A stretch of DNA of 64,000 bases from Octopus sinensis (lineage: Eukaryota). Shown one piece after another: positions 26,654-40,496 of this stretch. Where the stretch lies: the NCBI RefSeq assembly GCF_006345805.1, contig NC_043001.1:127906001-127970000 (forward strand), in the 5' to 3' direction. Each line of letters begins with the position of its first letter. The first letter of the stretch is position 1. The translations under genes and the position numbers were made by a program. The notes below the pieces were generated by a model. That model saw only the letters and a list, made by a program, of their open reading frames with translations, was not told the origin of the DNA and searched no databases.

Positions 26654-26993
26654 CTAGCACTATGACCCGGCGTTGCTGGGTCATCGTGTTAGTGCATGCA
26701 TATACAGCTGCGTGCGTGCGCACATACACGCGAGTACTGTCCAAATCTCCGACCAATCACATACAGCTAGCTGGCATTCAACTGGTGTATCAAGTTTCAG
26801 GCATTTTGATTGGGTTTTGGATAGAAATTTCACAAAAAAGTCACTTCTATTGATTTTTTAATGACCTTGCGGGGTGACTGGGGAAATGTAAAGATGTGCA
26901 TGACCATAGAAAGTACGAGCTCTCTAACTGAAAAATTGTGGATTTGTATAAAGGACACACACGCAGACATTTTGCCGTTTATATATAGAGAGA
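26654..26993 (-). mobile_element. Non-autonomous Helitron (340 bp)
   Basis: On the - strand: A|TC start, subterminal hairpin ATGACCC-GGC-GTT-GCT-GGGTCAT (26662-26684), CTAG|T end; A-T target, no TSD. Confidence 0.8.
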
Positions 26994-27582
26994 TAATCAG
27001 TACTAGCCTCTTCCAAATATGAAAGTGTGTCCTAGTGGGATTTGAATGCAGAAAACTGTAAAGAATAAAGATAGGATATAGAAATTCATAGCTGGACTTA
27101 TCCTGCTTTATATCTGAAGGTTTTTAATTGTACCACTGACTTATTTACCCTTTAGTATTTAAACTGGCCAGTTCTGTCCAAATATTCTACCTGTTTTATG
27201 TTCAAACTAATCAGATCTGGCCTCTCACACCTTTCTGACAATGTTATTCTTAAAATAAGCAATCACATCATCCAAATCTCAAAGCTACGAGATAATGCAT
27301 GATTAATTCAAAACAATGTGAATAAATAAGCATTTCATTGAACAGAATAATCTGAATGCTAAGGAGTTAACATAGCCGTTAACTTGAGGATAACTGGGTG
27401 CTCTATCACTTTATCAGTCTTAACACTAATTTTTGCCAGTTGAGGGAATTGGAGCTATGGAAAGTAAAGTACTTTGTCATATGAACCCAGAGTTGAGAAC
27501 TCAGTGCTTAATGTCCTAGCCAATGCTTAATGTCCTAGCCACATGCCACGTAACTATATTTGCTACTGATTTGCTACCTAAA

Positions 27583-27629
27583 TAATAATAATAATAATGA
27601 TAATGATAATAATGATGATGATGATAATA

Positions 27630-27676
<47 letters not shown>

Positions 27677-27693
27677 GGTGGTGGTGGTGGTGG

Positions 27694-27733
<40 letters not shown>

Positions 27734-27810
27734 ACCACCACCAACAATAATAATAATAATATAAAGAGTAATAAAAAAGTAACAATGATGATGATAATAA
27801 TAATAATAAC

Positions 27811-27863
<53 letters not shown>

Positions 27864-27865
27864 TA
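27583..27865. repeat. Compound trinucleotide repeat AAT-GAT-GGT-GAT-AAT
   Basis: Read directly; source of the spurious poly-L/H/D ORFs. Confidence 0.97.
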
Positions 27866-30800
27866 AATTTTTTACATTGTTACAACGCTATAAATGTTAA
27901 GAAAAAATTCAGTCCATCAACTCAATTATAATAGTGACATATTTGGGTTGAATTAATTGTTTCCTCCTCTAAAATTCATGGAATTTATGATCAAAGATAG
28001 AATGCTAGATTGGTAGAATATTCTTGGGTCAGATAGACTGTTTTGTGGTCTGTTTCTACTCTCTGTAATCTGAGTCTGAATTGTTGCCAAGTCCACCTTT
28101 TTTTCTTCTACCTTTTAGAGTTAATGAAATAGGCATAGGAGTGGTTGTGTGGTAAGTAGCTTGCTTACGAACCACATGATTCCGGGTTCAGTCCCATTGT
28201 GCGGCACCTTGGGCAAGTGTCTTCTACTATAGCCTCGAGCCGACCAAAGCCTTGTGAGTAGATTTGGTAGACGGAAACTGAAAGAAGCCCGTCATATATA
28301 TGTATATATATTTATGTATGTGTGTGTGTATGTGTTTGTGTGTCTGTGTTTGTCCCCCCAACATCGCTTGACAACCGTTGGTGTGTTTACATCCTTGTAA
28401 CTTAACAGTTCAGCAAAAAAGACCGATAGAATAAGTACTAGGCTTACAAAGAATAAGTCAACTAAAGGTGGTGCTCCAGCATAGCCACAGTCAAATGACT
28501 GAAACAAGTAAAAGAGCAAGAGTAAAATACAAATTGAAAACTGGGACCAGTTTAATCAACTATGCTTCATCAAATTTGTGGCTTTGTGCCTGCGTTAGAA
28601 ATTATTATTAGAAGTGTGGAGGTGTGGTTAGGAAGCTTGCTTTCCGACCATGTAGTCTTGGGTTCAGCCCTACTACATGGCAACTTAAGCCCCATCCAAG
28701 CTGATCAAAACTGTGCAAGCAGATTTGGTAGATGTAAACTAAAAGAAGCCTGTTGTGTGTGCTTATACATGCATACATGTAAATGTATGTGTGTGTGTGT
28801 GTATATGTATATATGTGTGTATGTGTGTATGTGTGTGTGTTTATATATACACCCTTGTCTAGATATCATGTGATGGTTGTAAATGAGTATCATTACATAC
28901 AAGTGAAGTTGTTTGCTTCCAGTCTTCATGAAAAAATATGTCTATCTATGGGGAAAATATTACCTTGCTTGGAAACGGGTGTCGGTTGGCAACAGGAAGG
29001 ACACCCAGCTTTAGAAAATCTGCCTCAACAAATTTCGTCTGCCCCATGTAACCATGGAAAAGTGAACATTAAATGATGATGATGATGATGACTGGATAGC
29101 AGAATTGGTAAAGCACTGCTCAGTCGTTTAGCTAAAATACAATGGATAATTTTTTAGTTTGTAATACACTGTTCAAATCCTCAAGTGAGCAAATGTGCCC
29201 TATTCAGCAGAAGAAATAAGTTGCCTAATGCCATAAAAATTGAACTGGATAAAAGGCATATAAAATATAAGATATATTTTTACTAATGTTATCTTATCTC
29301 TTTGACAAAGAGATTAGATAACATCACCCAGTTTTCCACTCTTCATAAAGCTAGAGCCCTTAAATCTAGTCAAAAGAATTTATTTATTATGGTGGGTGGT
29401 GGAGATGCTTTTAGAGCCTCACAGTTTTGAGATAAAATACTGCTGTACTGACTTTATATTTCCTTTCTGTATGGTTAATAAATCACTTATATGGAGATCA
29501 CTCTGACCACCTTCCTACAAAAGATGGTCTCCTTCCTTATTGAAAGAAATCTTTTTATTCAATGACCTCTTTAACGCAGTGTCTTGTGTTTTAACAATAT
29601 AGAGTTTATTAGAAGAAATAATTTCTTTTCACCTTTACTGTTTGCTAATTCTCATTCAAGTAACATAAACATCACAACCTTACATTTCTCTCTTCTCCTA
29701 AAGTACTGGGTCTTTGTACCTGGACAATAATGTTTATTCAAGGTTGTACAGATAATTGTAAGGAGCTATATCATGATGATCATCATCATCATTTAATGTC
29801 CGCTTTCCACGCTAGCATGGGTTGGACAGTTCAACTGGGGTCTGGGGAGCCCGAAGGCTGCACCAGGCTAGTCAGATCTGGCAGTGTTTCTACAGCTGGA
29901 TGCCCTTCCTAACGCCAACCACTCCGAGAATGTAGTGGGTGATTTTATGTGTCACCGACACAGGTGCCAGATGAGGCTGGCGAACGGCCACGCTTGGATA
30001 GTGTTTTTTATGTGCCACCGACACAGGTGCCAGACGAGGCTGGCGAACGGCCAGGTGCCAGACGAGGCTGAAATTAATGCTTTGTAAATAAGTGTACTAA
30101 AAGTGTACTAAATCTAATTGAATTTATGGAGTGTATAGAAAAGGATGACACTACATATCAGTACATATGACATCACTAGCTTGTATTCATAATCAAATCG
30201 CTTAATTCTCAAATGGTCTATCAAGAGCAGGAACATAAATAGCAGCATTTTAAAATTGAATTACTGAATTCATTTCTCTATACAAGTCAATGTTATGGCC
30301 ATATCATTCTGAGATGCTACACACTATCTATCTCATTAGTCTATAACTCATAGATATATATGCAAACATTTAACTTACACATGGAAACACACACACACAT
30401 GCACATACACACACACTATCTCTCCCCAGTCTCTTGTCTCTGGCTCTTATTCACCCTTAAGTTCACAGATTTGAGTTTACAGTATATTTTCTCACAACCT
30501 CTGTTCTCAATTTTTGAACTTTCTCTTAATCTGATATGGGTTTTTATCTTCAAATACAATCTGGCTGTCTGGGGCAATAACTGTTAGGGCACTGAAGGAG
30601 TTAGTTAAACAAACTAGGTTTTTTACATTTATATCTTCTTAATCCTTATTATCTTCTTCCTCACACTGTCATGTTATTGTCATCATCATTGTTATCATTG
30701 ATAGTCTTGTATGACTGTGAGCTGGCAGAATTGTTAGCACACTGGATTAAATACTTAGAAGCATTTTGTCTGTCTTTACTTTCTGGGTCTAAATTCCAAC

Positions 30801-32257
30801 AAAGTCAACTTTACCTTTCATCCTTTTGGGGCAGATAAAATGAGTACCAGTTGAGCACTGGGGTTGATGTTATCAACTATCCCTCCTCCCCCCAAATTTC
30901 AGGCCTTGTACCTATAATACAAAGGATTATTAATATTCTTGTAATTTAGCATTTGTTTATTCATATTGGCATTGATTGGATGAATAAATCATTACTTGCT
31001 TTGATCCTGTATCATCTCATCTATGAGGTCCAACATCTGAGATCTAACTACACTGCTTTTTTCCATGTCTTCCTCAGTCTATCTCAACCTTACGTATTTC
31101 ATAATGCTAACACAATATTTTTTCACCCTGTCCTCATCTAACATTTGCATCAAATATTCATTAGAGCAGTTGTTCTTAGCCTGGCAGTAACATCTGTTAG
31201 GGGACATTGTGGGCTCAAAAGGTGACAGCAAGACCACTTATGAGATTTAGAGCTGTGAGTTTTTGTTATGTGTCAGACGTGGAGGTTTTAGTCCTCCACC
31301 TAGCTGTTTCTGATAATTCCACCTGAAAACATGTAAGATGGTTTTAGTCACCCACCTAGCTGTTTCTGATAATTTAGCAGTGAAGCACATGCGTTACTAG
31401 GGACAGTTAGCCTAAAACAAATGGAGCTCCAACCAGTCAGATGACTTGGATTACTATGAGGTTTGGGAGGTGGAGAGCATTGTGTAGTATGTGGGTATAT
31501 GTTGGGTAGTCATGTTTAGGTAGTGGTCATGTCGTGTTAAATAGATGCAGACACAGCTGTGGTTTGATAGAGGTTCAGTTTGAAGGTGAGAAAACAATCA
31601 AAATTATTTGGAGTGTCTGCATGTTTGTTAGGGGTATACTCTTTTACTCTTTTACTTGTTTCAGTCATTTTGACTGCAGCCATGCTGGAGCACCGCCTTT
31701 AGTTGAGCAAATCGACCCCAGGACTTATTCCTTGTAAGCCTAGTACTTATTCTATTGGTCTCTTTTGCCGAACCGCTAAGTAACGGGGACATAAACACAC
31801 CAGCATCAGTTGTCAAGCAATGCTAGGGGGACAAACACAGACACACAAACACACACACGCATATATATATACATATATACGACGGGCTTCTTTCAGTTTC
31901 CGTCTACCAAATCCACTCACAAGGCATTGGTCGGCCCGGGGCTATAGCAGAAGACACTTGCCCAGAATAAGACCAAAACCTATCCTGGGTTGTCTCTCTG
32001 TACTAGCTGGAAAAATGAAAATGATATTAGTCATTGGTAATATTTTTTTGCATTGTATATTTGTTTTGAGTCAGTCTTTTAACACTGTATTCATTCTATA
32101 TGCTAACACCAACTAACCTATTCATAGGTTTGTCTTGGCAATGTTAGGCAGTTGACTTTATTATCACAATTGGTTGAGATGAGTAAAATATTTACACAAT
32201 GCTAAATAATAAAAGTAAATAAAATAAATAAAAAAAAAATAAAATTTTAAATTTCAG

Positions 32258-32364
32258 AATCATTTGGGATTTAATTAAAGAGAAATTGATCCAGCCTTTT
32301 GTTGAACTCGAGTACCACTTTTATGATCTTTCCATCCAAAACAGAGACAAAACAAATGACCAAG
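32258..32364 (+). CDS. IDH1: IDH1 coding exon 3 ([35 protein letters not shown])
   Basis: tttcag|A ATC ATT TGG...GAC CAA G|gtaata; phase 2-1. Missed by the ORF track. Confidence 0.96.
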
Positions 32365-32659
32365 GTAATATGAACTGATACTTTATGAATTGATGATACA
32401 ATTAATTTCAGTCATTTTGTTATTGTTGTTTGTAGGGGTTGCTGCTTTAAAAAAAATATATATTATATGGTATTTTTGTAAGCCCTGCATAATAATATGT
32501 ATTTAGTTGTGTCAGTGATTCTTTAGTTTGTGCATGTGTTAGGTGCAATGAGTGATAAGAATTAAATTTTTTAATTTAATCACCAGCATCTGCATCAAAG
32601 TTATCATCATTATTATTGTTAAAGGTTGATGTGCGCTTCACTTCCAACCCTAATATGTT

Positions 32660-33210
32660 ATCTATATAAGATGGTATCTTAAGGCGGTGAGCTGGCAGAC
32701 ACGTTAGCGCACCGGGTGAAATGCTTAGCAGTATTTCGTCTGTCGTTACGTTCTGAGTTCAAATTCCGCCGAGGTCAACTTTGCCTTTCATCCTTTCGGG
32801 GGTCAATAAATAAAGTACCAGTTTCGCAGTGGGGGTGATATAATCGACTCAATCCCTTCGTCTGTCCTTGTTTGTCCCCTCTATGTTTAGCCCCTTGTGG
32901 GCAGTAAAGAAAGATATATAAGATGGTATCAAAAAGTTCCTGGAGTAGTTCTGTAGTCCACCAACATATGGCAGCATACAGTTGCATGTACAGTGAGGGA
33001 TAGCAGTGACCTTCATGAAGCAGTGTACCAAGTGACATTGCTGTGTTTACTTGGCAAGTTGTGAAATTTGTGTTTTTGTGGTCACATGTATGCTGTAGTT
33101 TGCAATTTTGTCGCAAACAGGAACAAAGAGCCAACGTGAAATTTTGTGCTAAATTTGGGAAGTCTACTACAGAGACATTGAGCATGCTTTGGCAAGCTTA
33201 CAGCAATGAG
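32660..33210 (+). mobile_element. Mariner 5' fragment interrupted by SINE A
   Basis: EQRANVKFCAKFGKSTTETLSML (mariner HTH start). The SINE sits between 16-bp duplications at 32663-32678 and 32915-32930. Confidence 0.7.
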
Positions 33211-34313
33211 GCAAATCCACTGCCAAGGCTTTGGTTGACCCAACACCATAGTAGAAGATGCTTGCCTGAGGGGCCATGCAGTTGGACTGAACCCAGAATC
33301 ATGCAGTTTGGAGGTTTCAGTCATTGGACAGCAGCCATGGCAGAGCACCATTTTCATTTATTTTCTATCAGCTTTTTTGTCACTTTATGGCTGAAAGTTG
33401 GTAGCAGCTGATCTCCTTTGAGTGCATCCTTCAATGGCTAACTGGTCTGGCATTATTGTTATGAGTTTATTCAAATTTTTTTTTGTTTAATGTTTCAGTA
33501 GAGCTTCCTTTGATGTTTCCGATTACTTTAGGCCGGCAGTTAAACAGTTGAGGACTTCTAAATATCAGACTTGTACAATAGCGTTTGATGCCAATGTTGT
33601 GTAACTGGCACATAAAAATCACCCCTCAAACATTGGGCCATATCCTCTGCTTGAGAAGACCTGTCAAACCAAGTGAAATTGTAGCCATGGCTGATGCCAG
33701 TGCCAGTTGACTGGCACATAAAAAGCACCCACTACACACTTGGAGTGGTTGATGTTTGGAAGAGCATCCAGCTGTAGAAATCATGCCAAACCAGATTGGA
33801 AGCTAGTGTAGCTCTCCAGCTCACCAGTTTTCAGTCAAACCATCTAACCCATGCCAGCATAGAAAGCAGACCTTAAATGATGATGATGATGATTTCGAAG
33901 GTGGTATATTTGGAAGCTGACAGTCCATGCATTAAAATTATCTGTAATACTGAAGTTTCGAACAGGATTTTCCATATCTCTCTCTTCAGCATTCAAGATA
34001 GTAGAGATGCAACGCTTTCAAATATTCCCAGTAGTTAATGCTTTTAACCAAAATTATTTTACTGGTGAACGTTTTTCATAACACTTCAATTTCTTCTATG
34101 ATACCAGATGAGTTAGGAGACCAAAGCTCTGAGCAGTAATCTAACCTGCTCAGAACTCAAGTTTTCTATAGATTTAGCCTAACCGCTGGTTCTCTTGTCA
34201 TGAAGATATGTTGAATCCATCCTATGAGATGTCTGCATTTAGAGGCCTATTCAGTTTTGGTAGTATTTGTTAAGAATAATAATTTTTTCTCTTTCTCTTT
34301 TGTTTTTACTCAG

Positions 34314-34400
34314 TGACTATTGATGCTGCCCATGCCATTAAAAAGTACAATGTTGGAATCAAATGTGCCACCATAACTCCTGATGAAAAAAGAGTTGAAG
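34314..34400 (+). CDS. IDH1: IDH1 coding exon 4 ([29 protein letters not shown])
   Basis: actcag|TG ACT...GTT GAA G|gtaaga; contains the conserved KCATITPD motif. Confidence 0.97.
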
Positions 34401-36240
34401 GTAAGATTTAAATGGCTTTTCTCAATTTTTTGTTCTTTACAAGCAAAATTCAAATTACCTTGCTTTCTTAATATTCATAATACCAACCTATATAAGACAG
34501 CCTCTACTATAATACTCATTTATTCATTTGCTCATTCACTCCATACAAATCAGAATTAAGAAAGGAATTAATTGTGTTAATTCACCTCCTAATAGCCAGT
34601 AGATACTGTTTACAACATCCAGTAAGGTAACTGATATCATGACTAAGGCTAATTTTGTTATGTCATCTAATATTGTTTCTGCTAAATGCTCGTATTCTTA
34701 TGGCAAATTTGCTCAGAATAAAGCTGAAATTATTGCAGTGTTTAATAAAACATGCACGTGCACACACACACACACACAAAATATTTCAGTGACTAATGAT
34801 ACAAACCCCAGTTTCATGTCACACCACAGAGAAATGTGACTTTGGTTAGTGCTAATGTTGTAGGTAAAATGCAAATGACTTCAAAAAATTTTTTGTATTC
34901 ATCTTAGTTTTTGATGAATCTACAGATATGCAAGACAACATATAATTGGCAGTATTTAATCAGTAATGTTTCTTTTGATGTAACTGTGAAAGAAGTGATG
35001 CTGGACTCAGTATTTGAAAAAAAAGAAAAAAAAAACTAATGGTGTTGAAATTTTAAATGCATGCACTTGATTAAGATCTAACAAATGTTGTTGTTGCACT
35101 TAATAAACTTCATCCATGTTGCAATGAACAAAACACCTACATTTCTAGAGAAAAATGCTGAATTAATTGCACAACCCCAACTTCAAGAAATAAAATGTAA
35201 AATGATGGCTGGAATACTACCTTAAATAATTTAAAACACTTCTTAATTAAAACTTTCAACACTTTTAGTATATATATGTATATATATATGTATATATATA
35301 TGTATATATGTGTGGCTGTTTGGTTAAGAAGTTTGCTTTCCAACCACATGGCTTCAGGTTCAGTCCCACTATGTGACACTTTGGGCAAGTGTTTTATACT
35401 ATGGTCTTGTGAGTGGATTTGGTAGATGGACACTGAAAGAAACCTGACTCTGTGTACTACACATTCACTGAAACTAATATAAATTAAATCTTAAACACTA
35501 CATGCAGAAATAAATATTGCATGCAAGCATTTCTTAAAATTTATATAAACTTTTTGTAATTAAATATATATCTAGCAATGAAAATGTGTCTAAATTTTAT
35601 TCATGTTTTGATACTCTCACATATCTGAATTTTATCACATGCAAATCTTACATGAATTAAATTTTGTAGATCAAGGTCTTAGTAGAAGAAAGATACAGAA
35701 ATATGAACTGTTGGCCCCTTGGCTGTTTTCTCCTACACTAATAACTTAGTTATTTCTAGCCTGCCCTTAAGGAATGTAGAATTAAGTATGCAGCCTCTAA
35801 TATACAGCAATAAGTATCTATACAAACATGCATATGTATATATGTATATATATATATATATATATATGTATCATCATAATCATCATCACCATTCAATACC
35901 TGCTTTCCATGCTAGCATGGATTGGAGAGGAACTAGCAACCCAGAGAACTGCACCAGGCTCCAGTTGTCAATTTTGGCAGGATGCCCTTCCTAATGCCAA
36001 CTATTTTACAGAGTGTACTGGGTGCTTTTTATGTATATGGGAAAAATATATTTTCTATATAAAACTTTTAAATATATATTTATGTATGTTTGTGTGTATG
36101 TGTTTGTGTGTATGTCATTGTGTGTGTGTGCATATGTGTGCAATATATATGCACACGCATACATACCGTAGATGAGTAGGCAGAGAGATAATGAAAATAT
36201 ATTTTATATACTCAGTGTCATATTATCTTTTCCTATTCAG

Positions 36241-36401
36241 AATTTAACCTAAAGCAGATGTGGAAATCACCAAATGGAACAATTCGGAATATTCTAGGTG
36301 GCACTGTATTTAGGGAGGCCATCATTTGTAAGAACATTCCAAGGTTAGTGCCAGGATGGACCAAAAGTATCGTCATTGGCCGTCATGCATATGGTGATCA
36401 A
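36241..36401 (+). CDS. IDH1: IDH1 coding exon 5 ([54 protein letters not shown])
   Basis: attcag|AA TTT...GAT CAA|gtaaga; contains SPNGTIRN and the R132-equivalent (GRH). Confidence 0.98.
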
Positions 36402-37726
36402 GTAAGAAAGTTCTCCTTTTGAATTTTAGTACAATGTTGGCATTTATTTATTGTTTTGTTTTGTTGTTGCTTGTTTTGAAGGTGAAAGAAATGACATTAA
36501 CCCTTTTGATACCAACTTGATTCTATGATACAAACTTCCTGTTTTAAAGTAAACTAATGATTTTTTATTACCCATAAAGGGCTTACACAGAGGGGGACAT
36601 TACAAACACTGGGGACACAAAACATCACAAATACATAAACATATGAAATATGAAAATTTTGAAAATTAAAAATGAAAGCAATGTCAACGGCCCCATCCGA
36701 TAACATCACTTACCTGTCCTTCTTCCCTATAACGGTATGAAAATCATGTAGTCCCCTAGTTTCGTTCCATATATTTCTTCCAGCTCATATCTTTTATCTG
36801 GTTCAATTGTTTGCCTAATCAATTTATAACTTTTTTCCAAAAACTTTTCCTCGAGTTCTTTTTCCTGTTCCTCAGAAATTATTACATACATCAACCCTGC
36901 CCTATCCCAGCTGTCTTCCCATTACACTTTTCCCCAGTCTTTCATTATTTCACATATTTCTTCCTTTTTTTATTACACCTAGTATATTGGGACTAGAATT
37001 TTTAAAGTTATCCTGTGTGCTTGCGTTATCTTTTTTTTTTGTTTTCTTGTTGGTGGAGATCAGGTGGCTTCAGTGTGTTTTAAAGTAAACTAAATTAAAG
37101 CCTGCCATCTAGATTTCATGTTAAATTATGTGCCAAACACCATCTTAGTAATGACAAAGTTATTTTACTAAATTCTTCATTATTTCGAAATTAACAGGAA
37201 CAAAGTCAGAACAGTTCTATACAAATATGGTGAGAAAAGGGTTGGTCATAGCTTAACCCTTTAGCATTTAAACCGGCCATATCCGGCCAAAAATATTCTA
37301 CCTGTTTTATGTTCAAACTAGCCCTATCTGGTCTCTCACAGCAACCCTACAATATTGTTTAAAAAATTAACAGCTACCTCATCAAAATCTCATAGCTACA
37401 AGATAATGCATGATTAATTCAAAACAATGTGGATGAAGAAGCATTAATTTTGGCAGAATAATGCGAACACTAAAGAGTTAAAAAACATCATTTGCTTTTA
37501 AGGGATAAAGATTAATAGGTGCTGATAGTTAATTCATGCCAAGTAAAGTTGTTCCCACAGCATTTCTACCATTGGGACAAATTTTCACCAATCTCTTCCA
37601 CCCTGCTCCATCTTGGGCTTTCTTTAAAAAAAAAAGAATTAACTATTGGTGTAAGTCCCCTCCTCCAATGGTAAGATATGATTTGAGGGTAATTTCGCTG
37701 TTATTTTTAGTGAGTTGACTGACGAT

Positions 37727-38065
37727 CAGTGGTTCTCAACAGAGGTCCATAGGGCCCATGAGGGTCCATATAAGATTTTGGGGTTCACACAACAAAATAG
37801 TAAATTGGATATCCACTATATTATTTTAAGGGCCCATGAAAAAATTTTGCTTTAGATGTATGTATTGCAAGATACAATTTGGTTTCTTTCTCTAACATTT
37901 TACATAGTTCAACCTACATGAGTTAATGTGTGAAAAACAATATAGGAATTTTGAAAGAAGTTTCTATGAAGCTATTTTCTAAACATTGAACATCTATGGG
38001 GATCCATCAGAATAAAATAGTAAGCAAATGGGTCCATAGATAAAAAAAATGGTTGAGAACCCCTG
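37727..38065. mobile_element. hAT-type MITE
   Basis: CAGTGGTTCTCAAC...GGTTGAGAACCCCTG termini; the 8-bp TSD has decayed. Confidence 0.75.
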
Positions 38066-38331
38066 ATGTAGAGGCTTCCTTGATGTTTTTGAGGGTAAGG
38101 GATAAGCAGAATTGGGGTAATGCTGGACAAAATACTATGCAGCATTTTGACAGATATTGTTACACTGAGGGTTCAAATCTAACTGAGGTCAACATAACCT
38201 TTTATTTTTTCAGGGGCAAACAATAAAAAAGTCTTAGGCAGTGTGTTAATTACCAATATCCCTCCCTCCAAAAACTGTGATTTTTGTTAAGAATCATTTC
38301 TCAGAATTTATTTTAACTTTATTTATTGCAG

Positions 38332-38475
38332 TATAAGGCAACTGACTTTGTTGTTCCTGGCCGTGGAAAAGTTGAAATAAAGTTTACACCAGAGTCTGGT
38401 GAACCAACACAGTATACAGTGTTTGACTTTAAAGATGGTGGTGGTGTTGCTATGGGGATGTACAATACAGATCAG
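38332..38475 (+). CDS. IDH1: IDH1 coding exon 6 ([10 protein letters not shown]...GMYNTDQ)
   Basis: ttgcag|TAT AAG...GAT CAG|gtgaga; 48 codons, includes the catalytic Tyr. Confidence 0.97.
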
Positions 38476-38870
38476 GTGAGAAGCATTCTATTTTTGTCTA
38501 TGACTGCTGGCAGAGTGTTCATAGCTATTATGCACATAAATACACATGCACTCTCATGCACTAAAACATCTGTGAAGAGACACATACATGTTTATATATG
38601 CACACATGCATGCACATACACATACAAATACGTACATAAATGTGCACACACACACACACACACACACACCACAGCACATACACACATACATGTGCATACT
38701 TAACTGTTCTAATCTAAGGAAACCATTGAATGAATTATCTTCCCCACCCTGCCCCACCACCTACTGTTGCTGCCAACACTGGCGATAGCAACACATACAC
38801 ACATGTATGTGTGTGTGTATATATATATATTCACACACACACACAGATAGATAGATAGATAATATCTGTA

Positions 38871-39290
38871 TTGGGTCATCCCATAAATAATACGGGTTTT
38901 TTTATACTTCTTTTATTTTTCAAAATTAAGATAAACAAAGTTCTTTCTTAATCTGAAATATACTCTCCTTCATTTTCTACAATGCTCTTCCATCTATCTG
39001 GTAGACTTGCAAGGCTCCTCTTCCAAAATTCACTTGTCCATGATGAAAAGTACTCCTCTAGTAATGTTCTGACTTCATCTACAGAATTCATATTTTTTCC
39101 ATTCAAATGATTTTGAATACTGCGAAATAAATGATAATCTGATGGGGCAATGTTTGGCGAATATGGTGGGTGGGACATTGTTTCCCATTCAAACTACTCT
39201 AGCCTTTGGAATGTCATCTTCGCTGTATGTGGCTGAGCATTATCCTGATGGAAGAACATCTTTTTGTCTTGAAACCAAAAAATGGTTGTT
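38871..39290 (-). mobile_element. Mariner 3' fragment in intron 6
   Basis: HPPYSPNIAPSDYHLFRS...DRWKSIVENEGEY; terminus TA|TTGGGTCATCCC. Confidence 0.88.
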
Positions 39291-39359
39291 TATCTCCATC
39301 ATTAGCATCACCACCATCATCATAATCATCATGTTTAAAACTTCTTTTTTTATTTTCAG

Positions 39360-39427
39360 AGTATAACAGATTTTGCTCACAGTTCATTCCAGTTTGCTTT
39401 GTCAAAAAGTTGGCCCCTATACCTGAG
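39360..39427 (+). CDS. IDH1: IDH1 coding exon 7 ([23 protein letters not shown])
   Basis: tttcag|AGT ATA...CTG AG|gtatat; phase 0-2. Confidence 0.96.
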
Positions 39428-40496
39428 GTATATAAGTTTTATCAATCATTATGGCTTCAGACTGTGATGTGTATTTTAGGGTAAAGCTAAAATCTCAACA
39501 AGATTTGTGGCTGAAGCTATTTCATATCTCTGAGATTTCTGTAAATAAACTGTGTTTAAATTGGCTTAAAAATTTCACTCTTCTCTGAAACTGTCAAATT
39601 ATGGGCTGTGAATTTCTTTATTAGTTAATTCAGTGTGCTTGCAATTTGTTTTATGCACATAAATTCGTTTTATGCATACTCTTTGAACGTTGGGCAATGT
39701 CTAGTGAACGAGACCTTTGGCGATATGCCGTGCTTGAACAGACCTCTTAAACCAAATAAAATCATAGTCATGGCCAATGCCAGTGTCACATAACTGGCAC
39801 CCGTACCGGTGGAATGTAAAAGGCACCTTTTAAGCGTTGGACCTCACAGAAGCATCGTGGCTGATGCTAGTTTCATGTAACTAACACCTGTGCTGGTGGC
39901 ACGTAAAAAGCACCTTTTGAGTGTTGGGCCTCATGGAGGCAATGACAAATGACTGAGACCTTTACCAATATACTGTGCTTGAGTAGAAGGCCTATCATGC
40001 CAAGTGAAATCATAGTTGTGATAAGTACTAGTGTTATGCAACTGGGACCTGTGCTTGTGGAACATAAAGGCACCCATTACACTCTCAGAGTGGTTGGCGT
40101 TATGAAAGGCATCTAACCATAGAAACCACGTCAACTTAGACTGGAGTCTGGTGTGAACCCCCCACTCCCCGGCTTACCAGCTCTGGTCAAACCATTCAAC
40201 CTATGTCAGCATGGACAGTGGACATTAAATGATGATGATGATGATAAATATGCATGAGTTTTGTTGGTCCTCTTTGACTGATGACCTTGACACAGTTAAT
40301 GTTTGTTAAAAACGTCTGCTAAAGAAATTTGACTGAGAAGGATATAGTCCTCTATGTTGTTACAGTCCTTAGGAAGAATGAGTATGTTTTTAGTATGACA
40401 CACCGAGGGGAATAGGAAAGGAGTATAACTAGATAGGCCTAGAGGAAGGTGTTACACAATTTTCTATTTCAGAGGAGCAGATATTATTTGGGTAGC

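Noticed and set aside
16089-32257. Nested protein-coding gene in the 16-kb intron 2
   Set aside because: All coding-like segments are transposase remnants or repeats; I found no consistent spliced ORF on either strand.
39428-39440. Possible U12-type intron (GTATAT donor)
   Set aside because: It does not match GTATCCTT, and no U12 branch site was seen.
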